Shown here: piece after piece, positions 41,297-49,994 of the stretch
Layout of the letters: each line of letters opens with the position of its first letter
How positions within the stretch are numbered: the stretch's first letter is position 1
Assembly (NCBI GenBank): GCA_029261715.1
Contig: JAJDAT010000049.1
Coordinates: 296,778-360,777 of the forward strand
Source of the DNA: Nitrospinia bacterium
GTDB taxonomy: Bacteria; Nitrospinota; Nitrospinia; Nitrospinales; JAJDAT01
Length of the DNA stretch: 64,000 nucleotides
Direction of reading: 5' to 3'
Program-made: the position numbers and the translations under genes
Notes under the pieces: model-generated
What the model saw: the letters and a program-made list of their open reading frames with translations, nothing else
What the model was told of the DNA's origin: nothing
Databases searched by the model: none

Positions 41297-41382
41297 TTTT
41301 TATATATACCTGAGCTAGAATTATACGTGAACGTTTTAATCTTAGTTACAATTAGGGAAATGAATTAGAAAGCGGAAAAAGA

Positions 41383-43632
41383 ATGGATCCTAATAATATA
41401 TTAATTGTAGACGACGACAGTTTTGTCCGTGAAATATTGGTCGATATCTTAGAATCTGAAGATTTCAAAACTGAAACTGCGGAAAACGGTTTAGACGCTC
41501 TTAACAAATATAAGGAAGATGGTTCTAAATTTGATTTAGTTGTTTCTGATATCAATATGCCAATTATGGGTGGAGTTGATTTGATTAAGTCGCTTCGTAA
41601 CGATGTTCAATCTGAAACTCCAGTCGTTGTTTTATCAGGAAATAACGAAGTTGCTATTGCCATAGACGCGATCAACAGTGGCGCAAGCGAATATATTTTG
41701 AAGGATGAGAATTTACAAGAGACAATCATTTTAGCTATTAACAAGGCTTTAGAAAAAAAACGAATTATAGATGAAAATCGTGATCTAGTTAAGAACATCA
41801 CCGAAAAAAATAAAGAAATGGGAGGTATCATTCACCGTATGACAGAGTTAGGAACAGCTCTTTCTGCGGAGAAAAATTTTCAGAACTTAATGGAAATTAT
41901 CATTTCTAACGCTCGTGAATTAACGTATGCGGATGCAGGTACCTTGTATTTAATCGAAAATGGAAAACTATCCTTCAAAATAGTTCAGAACGATACTTTA
42001 AAAATTCATTTAGGTGGAAAATCTAGCGAAGAAATTAAGTTTCCCCCAGTAGAAATAAAAGAATCTAACGTTTCAGGTTATTCGGCCTTAAAGAAAGAGG
42101 TTGTTAATATTCCAGATGTTTATTCCTCGGAATTGTTTGATTTTACCGGACCCAAAAAATTCGATCAGACTTCTAACTATAGATCTAAATCAATGTTGGT
42201 AGTTCCTATGGTAAATCGAATGAATGAGGTTGTTGGCGTTCTTCAATTGCTGAATTCTAAAGATTCTGAAACAGGTGAAGTGGTCACATTTTCAGCAAAT
42301 TCTGAAGAGTACATCAAAGCCTTAGGGTCTCAAGCTGCAGTAGCTGTAAATAATTTGTTACTTGAAGCGAAAGCGGAAAAACTATTTGAAGAGATTTTAG
42401 ATATAAAAAATTACAATGAAAGCATCCTTGAAAGTCTTACTAATGGCGTTATTACATTGGATGCTAATAATTTGATTATTAAATGTAATGCCGCTGTTTT
42501 AAGGATTTTAGAGGCCCAAGAAGATCAAATTATTAATCAATCTGCGCAGAAATTTTTTGCACAAAATAATCGCTGGGTATTGGATAACTTAAAAAGGGTT
42601 ATTCAAATGGGATCCCCGGCCATAGTTATGGATACCGAGTTGGTTTTTGATGATGATCGCGTTGTTCCTTTAAACCTTACGGCAGTTCCCTTGAAAAATG
42701 CGAAGTCTGAATTAATTGGGTCCATGTTAGTTCTAGAGGATATTACTTCTGAAAAGCGGATGAAAGGGACCCTTGCGAGATATATGGATAAGGATGTGGC
42801 TGAGCAATTGATGGAAGGCGGAGATGATATGCTGGGCGGCCAAAGTCAGGAAGCTTCAGTTTTGTTTTCTGATATTCGGAGCTTTACAACCCTTACCGAA
42901 AAATTAGGTCCGGCGGGGACTGTTGCAATGTTAAATGAATATTTTACCGAAATGGTTGAGTATATTTTTAAATATAAAGGAATTCTTGATAAATATATAG
43001 GAGACGCAATTCTAGCTGTTTTTGGAGTTCCTTTTACGAACGAGCAAGATCCCGAAAATGCCGTAAATGCTGCAATTGGGATGGTTAAATCTCTTAAAGA
43101 GTTTAATGCAAAGAGAATTTTAGTGAATAAAGACCCTATCGATATTGGAATTGGAGTTAATACGGATACTGTTTTGGCTGGAAATATTGGATCTGAAAAA
43201 AGGATGGATTATACCGTTATTGGCGATGGGGTTAATTTAGCTGCGAGACTAGAAGGGGCCACCAAGGCTTATGGAGCAAAGATTTTGATTAGCGAATCCA
43301 CGAAAAATAAGTTAACTCAAGACCATATATACCGCGAAGTTGACAAATTAGTTGTAAAAGGAAAAACTCAACCCGTTAGTGTTTTTGAGGTTTTAGATTT
43401 TCATGACGAATCAACTTTTCCGAAAATGCAGGAATGTATAGAAATATTTAACGAGGGGTATCAATCTTATCTTAGGCGCAATTGGGACGAAGGCATTATG
43501 TTTTTTGAAGAAGTGTTGGCGATCAATCCAAATGATAAACCAGCATCATTATATGTTGAACGATTGCAGCTTTATAAAGAGAATCCACCTGCCGATGGCT
43601 GGGACGGTTCTTTTGTAATGACCACTAAATAA
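41383..43632 (+). CDS. REC-GAF-PAS-class III adenylate cyclase with C-terminal TPR
   Basis: REC (VDDD..SD.NMP), GAF (SKSMLVVPM..GVLQLLN), PAS, LFSDIRSFT, DKYIGDA, DYTVIGDGVNLAARLE. Confidence 0.95.
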   Translation: MDPNNILIVDDDSFVREILVDILESEDFKTETAENGLDALNKYKEDGSKFDLVVSDINMPIMGGVDLIKSLRNDVQSETPVVVLSGNNEVAIAIDAINSGASEYILKDENLQETIILAINKALEKKRIIDENRDLVKNITEKNKEMGGIIHRMTELGTALSAEKNFQNLMEIIISNARELTYADAGTLYLIENGKLSFKIVQNDTLKIHLGGKSSEEIKFPPVEIKESNVSGYSALKKEVVNIPDVYSSELFDFTGPKKFDQTSNYRSKSMLVVPMVNRMNEVVGVLQLLNSKDSETGEVVTFSANSEEYIKALGSQAAVAVNNLLLEAKAEKLFEEILDIKNYNESILESLTNGVITLDANNLIIKCNAAVLRILEAQEDQIINQSAQKFFAQNNRWVLDNLKRVIQMGSPAIVMDTELVFDDDRVVPLNLTAVPLKNAKSELIGSMLVLEDITSEKRMKGTLARYMDKDVAEQLMEGGDDMLGGQSQEASVLFSDIRSFTTLTEKLGPAGTVAMLNEYFTEMVEYIFKYKGILDKYIGDAILAVFGVPFTNEQDPENAVNAAIGMVKSLKEFNAKRILVNKDPIDIGIGVNTDTVLAGNIGSEKRMDYTVIGDGVNLAARLEGATKAYGAKILISESTKNKLTQDHIYREVDKLVVKGKTQPVSVFEVLDFHDESTFPKMQECIEIFNEGYQSYLRRNWDEGIMFFEEVLAINPNDKPASLYVERLQLYKENPPADGWDGSFVMTTK

Positions 43633-43695
43633 TAATTTTGCGACAAAAGACATTTTTGATTATTCATTTTAGTTTGAAGAGTATGGGGGATTGCT

Positions 43696-44256
43696 GTGGG
43701 CGAAGAAATTGAAAAAAGAAAAAGCGATCGAATACTTGAAGCGATAAAAAAACGTTTGGATGAAAAGCAAACTATCCAAGTTGAAGAGAAAAAGGTTGAA
43801 CTTGTCGTATTTACATTGAACGACGCCTTTTATGCATTTTATGGGAAAGACGTTAAAGAAATTCTTTCAGTATTAACTATTTACTTTGTTCCAGGGACTC
43901 CAAAATATATTTTAGGAATTGTTAATGTCCGTGGGGATATTCAATCTGTGTTGAATATCAGGACATTTTTAAATATACCGGAACAAGGATTAACTGAGGG
44001 AAAAGGACGGATTGTGATTGCTGAGAAAAATGGCGTACGATCTGGAGTTCTAGTCGATTCTGTTGTAGATGTTGTCGAAGTGCCAGAGGAGTCTATTAAA
44101 CAAGCGATTTCAACTTTGAATGAAGAGATTCGATATTTTGTTGTTGGAGAGACAACGTATAAAAACAATAATGTCGTTTTGTTAGATATAGGAAAGGTTT
44201 TTGAAAAAATATCTGAAGGTAAAATCGAACCATCAGCTGAAATCCCAAATAAATGA
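43696..44256 (+). CDS. cheW: CheW scaffold protein
   Basis: VPGTP..LGIVNVRG.I, GVLVDSVVDV. Confidence 0.93.
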   Translation: MGEEIEKRKSDRILEAIKKRLDEKQTIQVEEKKVELVVFTLNDAFYAFYGKDVKEILSVLTIYFVPGTPKYILGIVNVRGDIQSVLNIRTFLNIPEQGLTEGKGRIVIAEKNGVRSGVLVDSVVDVVEVPEESIKQAISTLNEEIRYFVVGETTYKNNNVVLLDIGKVFEKISEGKIEPSAEIPNK

Positions 44257-44744
44257 GTGGAGTTGAAACTAAATCAAATAGAGAGTCTGATCAAGTTTCC
44301 GATGATGAAATTCGCCTATTGATTTTTAAAATTATGGGTGTCTGTTTTGGCGCAGATATGGAACAAATCGAAGAGATGGTCGATTTTTCTCAAGCTCAAC
44401 AAGAAGATTGGGATATTAGAAACTTTACAGAGGCTATTTCCTTTAGAGATATTGAGGTTGAATATAAAAAACCAAAAGTGATTTTAATAAAAGATAGCGA
44501 CCAAGACGTTGGTATTGTTATTGATCAACCGGAAAACATTGTAAATATTAATATTAAATCGATAAGATTGCTGCCGCCTCTTCTTGAAAACCATAAAACG
44601 GTAGACGCTATATGGGCTGCAGTGTTTTTGGGTGAAGAATTAGCTTTGTTAGTTGATTTTTATCGGCTTCAAAACTCTTTACCCAAAATAGAGAATCAGA
44701 AATTGTTGGAAAATTCTGAAGATGCTGAAGTTGAATCAAATTAA
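44253..44744 (+). CDS. Divergent CheW-like protein
   Basis: LLIF.I..CFGAD...IEE, GIVID.P.NI, LLVD; position in the che operon. Confidence 0.75.
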   Translation: MSGVETKSNRESDQVSDDEIRLLIFKIMGVCFGADMEQIEEMVDFSQAQQEDWDIRNFTEAISFRDIEVEYKKPKVILIKDSDQDVGIVIDQPENIVNINIKSIRLLPPLLENHKTVDAIWAAVFLGEELALLVDFYRLQNSLPKIENQKLLENSEDAEVESN

Positions 44745-44777
44745 ATTTGTAATTGCATAATAATTAAGAGGTGGATT

Positions 44778-44915
44778 TTGACGACAACGCGCAAACTTTT
44801 CAAAGCCTGCAGTATTGCGGTCAAAAACTTTTATCGTAGTTGTTTCTATTCTGATTCGCAGGCAGTAAACCGTCGTTTGATTAATAACGAATTGGTCCGG
44901 GAGGACGTTAAATGA
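44778..44915 (+). CDS. Candidate 45-aa small protein coupled to the chemoreceptor gene
   Basis: GAGG SD at 44768-44771, TTG at 44778, open for 45 codons; TGA overlaps the MCP ATG (ATGA). Confidence 0.45.
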   Translation: MTTTRKLFKACSIAVKNFYRSCFYSDSQAVNRRLINNELVREDVK

Positions 44916-47347
44916 AGAACTGGTCTTTAAACAAAAAAGCAATATTCGTATTTAGTTTGATGATCGTAGTTATGGGGATTTGCGCTTACGTCATTTTTGA
45001 CTCTTTAAGTTCAGCTCAAAAAGACGCGGATATAACTAACGCTCTAGGAAGACAAAGAATGTTAAGTCAAGCTATGGGTAAGGCTGCCTTAGGAAATGCT
45101 ATGGCTAAAAGCCGTAAGCAAAATATTGTTCAACGCGTCATGTCTTTGGATCGTTATATTACTCAAATGAGAGGGACATATACAAAGGAAGTAATAGGAC
45201 CAGCCAAAGAAAAAGATCTCACAATTAGTATGGACCCTGAATCCGAAGGACATCCTGCAATTCCATTCCCAGCTACTTTGACTCGAATGGTCAACGCTAA
45301 ATTTGGAGCAGGAAGAGATTTTACTATCGATATAATTTCTCCAGATCCAGTAAACCCTAATAAGGGGTTAATGACGGATATGGATAAAGAAGCTTATGAC
45401 TTTTTGACAAAAAAATCGAAGCGCGTTTATACAAAGACTTTGGAATCAGATAATAAGTTATATATCAGATTATATACTGCGGATAAAGCTACCGTTCAGG
45501 CTTGTGTCGATTGTCATGTGGCTTTGAAAGGCGGTAAAAAGTTTACTATCGGCGATGTATTTGGTATCCGAAAGTACAACTTGTTGTTTTCAGCCGACAT
45601 TGCAAGAGGTAAGGGTGAATTAAATGCAAGTTTGGTAGAGTTTGATCGCGCTAAAGAAATTTTTAAAAAAACCTTGCGCGCTATGCGAAAGGGAGGGGAA
45701 TACCCTACGGATATGGGGCTTAAAGCGACGGCTTTTATAAATTCCATAAATAATGAATCAATTCAAGATAACCTGGAGGAAGTAGATAGAGTTTTTTCCA
45801 AATTCTTGGCGGCAGTGGATAAACTTCTTACCTCAGAAGTCGATTCTCCAAAGTATAGAGATGCGCAACAAGAAATCTTGGTTTTATCTAATGAGTTACG
45901 AGATAAAAGCAACAAAATTGTAGAATTGTATAACCGTCTCGCGAATGAAAATCAAAAACGCATAAAGAGCACGGTTATAGTTTTTATCATCCTGACATTA
46001 ACGGCTTTAATTTGCATAGCTTATTTCTTTTCGACTTCTGTCGTAAAACCGGTTCGCAAAATTTCTGGAGTTATGGGTGAGATAGCTAAGGGAAATTTCT
46101 TGCAAGAAAATTTGCCGGTTAATTCTGAAGACGAAATTGGAATTTTGTCCAATACATATAATACTATGTTAGGCACTATGAAGGAGATAGTGAATCAAGC
46201 AAAAGATATAGCTGCAGGCGATTTATCGAAGACTTATGAGTTGAAGGGAGAGCTTTCTATAGCCTTTGGGAAAATGACTCATGAACTTAGAGATAAACAA
46301 AAAGCGGATATTGAGTTTAAAGAAATGGCTACAGAGCGACAAGATCAGGCTGAAGATTTGAAAGATAAGGTTGACGCTATTTTGGAATGCGTGAGCGCTG
46401 CGGCTAAAGGCGATTTGAGTAAGCATATTGACGTAAAGGGAGAGTCTGCTATTGGACAAATGGGAGAAGGTCTGGAAATGTTCTTTGATAATTTGTCGGT
46501 GAACATGAAAGGAATAGCTAATATGGCTAACGATTTAGCTTTATCCGCTAAAGAAATTTCTAGTTCTGTACAAGACCAGGCTTCAGTCTCGGCTGAGCAA
46601 TCTGCTTCAGTAACTGAAATTTCTTCTACGGTTGAAGAGCTTTCCGCTTCGTCAAATCAAGTAGCGGAAAATGCCGATTCTGTAGCTCGGATTTCGACTG
46701 ATTCGTTACATGATTCAGAACGTGGTATGAAAGCTATTGGGTCATTGAAGCTTAAAATGGATGAGATTTCTGATGATAATCAAGTTGGAATGAAAGAAAT
46801 TGTCGAATTAGGTAGAAAATCAAATGAAATTGGCAAGGTTATGGAGATTATTAACAATATTGCGGATCAAACTAAGTTAATTGCGTTCAATGCCGCTATT
46901 GAGGCCTCCAGCGCAGGCGAAGCAGGAAAACGTTTTGGGGTTGTAGCGGTTGAAATTCGCCAATTAGCCGATAATGTAATGGATTCGACGGGTGAAATTC
47001 AAAGTAAGATTGACGAAATTCAACAGGCAATTAATCGTTTGGTGATAAATTCAGAACAAGGATCAAGTCGAATTAAAGAAGGAAATATGTTGGCGGGACA
47101 AACGATTGAAGAATTGGAGAGGTTGGTTGACAGAGCTAAGAGCGCTGCAGATGCGGCATCTCAGATTTCCCTTTCAACAAAGCAGCAAAAAACTGGAACA
47201 GACCAAGTATTGTTGGCTTTAAAAGAAATTGTTAACGGAACGCGACAATCGTCTGCCGCAATTAAGCAAACCTCAAACGTGACGCATAAATTGTCTGAAA
47301 TGTCAGAAAAACTTAATGAATTAGTTAGTAGGTTTAAACTGAATTAA
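44912..47347 (+). CDS. Methyl-accepting chemotaxis protein with PilJ/NarX-like sensor and inserted c-type haem (Tll0287/DUF3365-like) domain
   Basis: TM1, NALGRQRMLSQ, CVDCH, TM2, HAMPs, IADQTKLIAFNAAIEA signalling tip; GGAGG SD. Confidence 0.93.
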   Translation: MKNWSLNKKAIFVFSLMIVVMGICAYVIFDSLSSAQKDADITNALGRQRMLSQAMGKAALGNAMAKSRKQNIVQRVMSLDRYITQMRGTYTKEVIGPAKEKDLTISMDPESEGHPAIPFPATLTRMVNAKFGAGRDFTIDIISPDPVNPNKGLMTDMDKEAYDFLTKKSKRVYTKTLESDNKLYIRLYTADKATVQACVDCHVALKGGKKFTIGDVFGIRKYNLLFSADIARGKGELNASLVEFDRAKEIFKKTLRAMRKGGEYPTDMGLKATAFINSINNESIQDNLEEVDRVFSKFLAAVDKLLTSEVDSPKYRDAQQEILVLSNELRDKSNKIVELYNRLANENQKRIKSTVIVFIILTLTALICIAYFFSTSVVKPVRKISGVMGEIAKGNFLQENLPVNSEDEIGILSNTYNTMLGTMKEIVNQAKDIAAGDLSKTYELKGELSIAFGKMTHELRDKQKADIEFKEMATERQDQAEDLKDKVDAILECVSAAAKGDLSKHIDVKGESAIGQMGEGLEMFFDNLSVNMKGIANMANDLALSAKEISSSVQDQASVSAEQSASVTEISSTVEELSASSNQVAENADSVARISTDSLHDSERGMKAIGSLKLKMDEISDDNQVGMKEIVELGRKSNEIGKVMEIINNIADQTKLIAFNAAIEASSAGEAGKRFGVVAVEIRQLADNVMDSTGEIQSKIDEIQQAINRLVINSEQGSSRIKEGNMLAGQTIEELERLVDRAKSAADAASQISLSTKQQKTGTDQVLLALKEIVNGTRQSSAAIKQTSNVTHKLSEMSEKLNELVSRFKLN

Positions 47348-47623
47348 GCTAAATTTTTTAAAGGATAATTTGAGCTTTTTTTCTAATATCGTTAAAAAAA
47401 AGTGATTTATAAATAACTGAATATTTTTTCGTATTGTTTTGATGGAATGACGCAGGTTTTTTAGTTTTTGATTACCTGGAGTGATGTTGTTTTGTTTTAA
47501 AATTTGACGTTTAATTATGGCCTTAAAGGTTTTTGCAGTTATTTCTCCCGCAATTAGTCTCTTTTTTAAGCCCTGAACTCCTTTTGGGTTTAATCTTGTA
47601 TTTAATGTTATTAATTTAGCCAT
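47321..47623 (-). CDS. Basic hypothetical protein, sigma54-type promoter upstream
   Basis: GGAAGGA SD before ATG at 47623; sigma54 motif 60 bp upstream. Confidence 0.55.
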   Translation of the reverse strand: MAKLITLNTRLNPKGVQGLKKRLIAGEITAKTFKAIIKRQILKQNNITPGNQKLKNLRHSIKTIRKNIQLFINHFFLTILEKKLKLSFKKFSLIQFKPTN

Positions 47624-47682
47624 AATATTTCCTTCCAGCAGATATAACGTTTTGCGTCAATATTCCGATGAATATTATTAGG

Positions 47683-47698
47683 TGCAAACTTAATGCCA
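47683..47698 (-). promoter_or_regulatory. Sigma54 (-24/-12) promoter
   Basis: Minus strand TGGCATTAAGTTTGCA, near the consensus TGGCAC-N5-TTGCA. Confidence 0.75.
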
Positions 47699-47771
47699 TT
47701 TTTTATTTAATTAATTGTTCTAACGAGCGTTTGTTTAAGGGCAATAAGTAAGCGGCATATTTTTATTTGGA

Positions 47772-48623
47772 GTGGAGGCAGCACAAATTAGCCAATATTT
47801 AAAAAATACAAAAAGATATTTATACTTGTTAATAGGAGTGGCATTTTGGGCTTTATTAGCGGGTTGTGATCAGAGCGAAGATGAAATTGTCGTGGCTTCT
47901 GCGGAGTTAAAATTAGATACAGCGGCCGGTTTATTTTACGATCACATGGTTTTGGAGATAAGTTTTGATCCGAGTTTAAAAAAAGACTCTTCGAAAAAAA
48001 GCAAAGACTCTAAAGATGATGATAAAAGTTTTTTGATAAAACGTACTGAAGATATAAAAATACTCCCTGAATCTGAAATAAATCTTGGTTATTTAAATCT
48101 TGATCGTTTTGAAGATTCTTTGGCTTATAGGAATAAAGCGGCCTTAGACGCTAGGCCAAGTATTGGTATTACGGAACGACTGCGCGTAGCTGATAAAAAG
48201 CTCATTTTTGGTGGAAAAGGGTTTGATACTCGGGATTTCGAGAAATTAAACAATGGTAAGTTAAGTGGTGACTTTTCAACTCATATAAACTCTCAAAGCG
48301 AAAAAATACCAAGCCCTCCTTCTATAACAGCGCTAAACATGAATCAGAAGCTGCGCCCGGAAGAAAAAAATTTAATTTTTCATAGTCCTTCTACCACTTT
48401 GAATAAAGTGGAGGTCGACTTGCCTTTAAGCGCTAAAGAAAATCAGAGGAAGGTTGAAAATACTAAAAATAGTTCACGGATGACAAAAAAAATTCCGGAA
48501 ACTTTAGTCCATTTAAAAAAGAACCCTGAAGAGCTGATTCAATTAAGACCCAAAAGAAATGCTTTAGACTTGCTTAGAGAAAATCCAAATATAATAAAAG
48601 ACCGTTACAACCAAGCCCCGTAG
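47772..48623 (+). CDS. Hypothetical lipoprotein
   Basis: Lipobox LLAG|C after a hydrophobic segment. Confidence 0.8.
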   Translation: MEAAQISQYLKNTKRYLYLLIGVAFWALLAGCDQSEDEIVVASAELKLDTAAGLFYDHMVLEISFDPSLKKDSSKKSKDSKDDDKSFLIKRTEDIKILPESEINLGYLNLDRFEDSLAYRNKAALDARPSIGITERLRVADKKLIFGGKGFDTRDFEKLNNGKLSGDFSTHINSQSEKIPSPPSITALNMNQKLRPEEKNLIFHSPSTTLNKVEVDLPLSAKENQRKVENTKNSSRMTKKIPETLVHLKKNPEELIQLRPKRNALDLLRENPNIIKDRYNQAP

Positions 48624-48629
48624 AAGTTT

Positions 48630-48821
48630 TTATTTGTCCTCAGATGTTTCGGCTAAGGGATTAGTATTTTGAATCTCTTGGTCAATTGTTGTGTTGCTTT
48701 TTGAGGCTCTCTCCGGGTCATGGTACCAATAGAAAAAAACCCAGAAACTAATCATGAAGGCCAATATAAGAATTTTTCGGGTCTTACTAATTTCAGGTTT
48801 TTTATAGGGTTGCTCTTCCAT
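48630..48821 (-). CDS. Small single-pass membrane protein
   Basis: 63 aa with one TM; directly downstream of the FGE-domain gene. Confidence 0.7.
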   Translation of the reverse strand: MEEQPYKKPEISKTRKILILAFMISFWVFFYWYHDPERASKSNTTIDQEIQNTNPLAETSEDK

Positions 48822-48852
48822 TTTTTATTTTTTAAATTAAAAAAAGAGTTTT

Positions 48853-49923
48853 TTATTTAGAGTTAATTGGGTGAGAAACGTTTTTTTGGTAATCTTTTGC
48901 GCAACGAAATCCAAAACTATTATTGCGAACTTCAGGAGTAAAAAAGCTGCGGTTAAATGTGGGAGCGCTTAATCCGCATCCATAAGATAAACAGTCGAAC
49001 CATGATCCTCCTTTTAAAACACGGTTTCTTTTGCCATATTCTTGTCGGGGAATTGTATTTCCCTCATGAGGCAAGTAAAAGCTATCCACCCATTCCCAGA
49101 CATTCCCAGACATATCAAATAGTCCATATGGACTTTTACCATTAGGATAAGAGCCTATTGGTTTAGTCCCTATGGAGCCATTATAGGGATTATTTGACCT
49201 ATCTAAAGTCCAACTATTACCCCAGGGATAGATTAGTCCATTTTCCCCTCTAGCGGCTTTTTCCCATTCTTTTTCGGTTGGTAAACGTTTGCCATTCCAT
49301 TTACAGTAATTTGTTGCATCAAACCAGTTTACATAGATTACAGGATGATTTTCTTTTCCTTTTGGGATTTGTCCATTTGCCCAGTGATAAGGTGCTTCAG
49401 ATTTAGTAGCGTCGACATATTTTTTATAGTCTTGATTGGTTGTTTCGAACAAATCGATATAAAACGCTTCTGTTTCCGAAATAAATTCAGGCGATTCGTC
49501 GTCCCAACGGTCGTTAGAACCCATAATGAATTCGCCTTTTGCAATGAAAGCCATGTTGTGGGAAGCAAGTTGTTTTGTTTTTAAGCTCTTGGTTTGAGGG
49601 ACTTGTTTGAGAGTTCTTTTATTATCTTTTTGAAGGCTATTTGCCGCAATTTCAAGCTTTTTGGGGGCTCTATTTTTTAAATTTGATTTAAATGGCGATA
49701 TCGAAATAGGATTTTTTTTACCTAAGTGACATTGTTTACATGCAGCTGATTTAAATTTATCTTTTTTTGTTTTTATAAGGTTCTCTGGCTGATGACAACT
49801 TGTTTGACAAGTTTGCTCAAAGTTTTTAAAGTGAGAAAAATTTTCAAAACCGAAAACAGTCGGCACAGTTTCAAAAATGTAAAATCCTTGGACAATAAGA
49901 AAAATAAAAAAAGTTAAGCGCAT
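48853..49923 (-). CDS. Exported FGE-sulfatase (SUMF1) domain protein with N-terminal c-type haem motifs
   Basis: GEFIMGS, HPVIYVNW, RLPTEKEWEKAARG, DMSGNVWEW, GFRCAK; CQTSCH and CKQCH near the N-terminus. Confidence 0.93.
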   Translation of the reverse strand: MRLTFFIFLIVQGFYIFETVPTVFGFENFSHFKNFEQTCQTSCHQPENLIKTKKDKFKSAACKQCHLGKKNPISISPFKSNLKNRAPKKLEIAANSLQKDNKRTLKQVPQTKSLKTKQLASHNMAFIAKGEFIMGSNDRWDDESPEFISETEAFYIDLFETTNQDYKKYVDATKSEAPYHWANGQIPKGKENHPVIYVNWFDATNYCKWNGKRLPTEKEWEKAARGENGLIYPWGNSWTLDRSNNPYNGSIGTKPIGSYPNGKSPYGLFDMSGNVWEWVDSFYLPHEGNTIPRQEYGKRNRVLKGGSWFDCLSYGCGLSAPTFNRSFFTPEVRNNSFGFRCAKDYQKNVSHPINSK

Positions 49924-49994
49924 TTGATTTAATATTCAGGGCGGATTATTAATTTTCAATAGTGGGGTAATTCCTTATATATGAATGATATAAA

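Noticed and set aside
44778-44880. c-di-GMP-I riboswitch (GCAAAC...CAAAGCC)
   Set aside because: The P2 hairpin with GNRA tetraloop and the GACGC segment are missing between the two motifs
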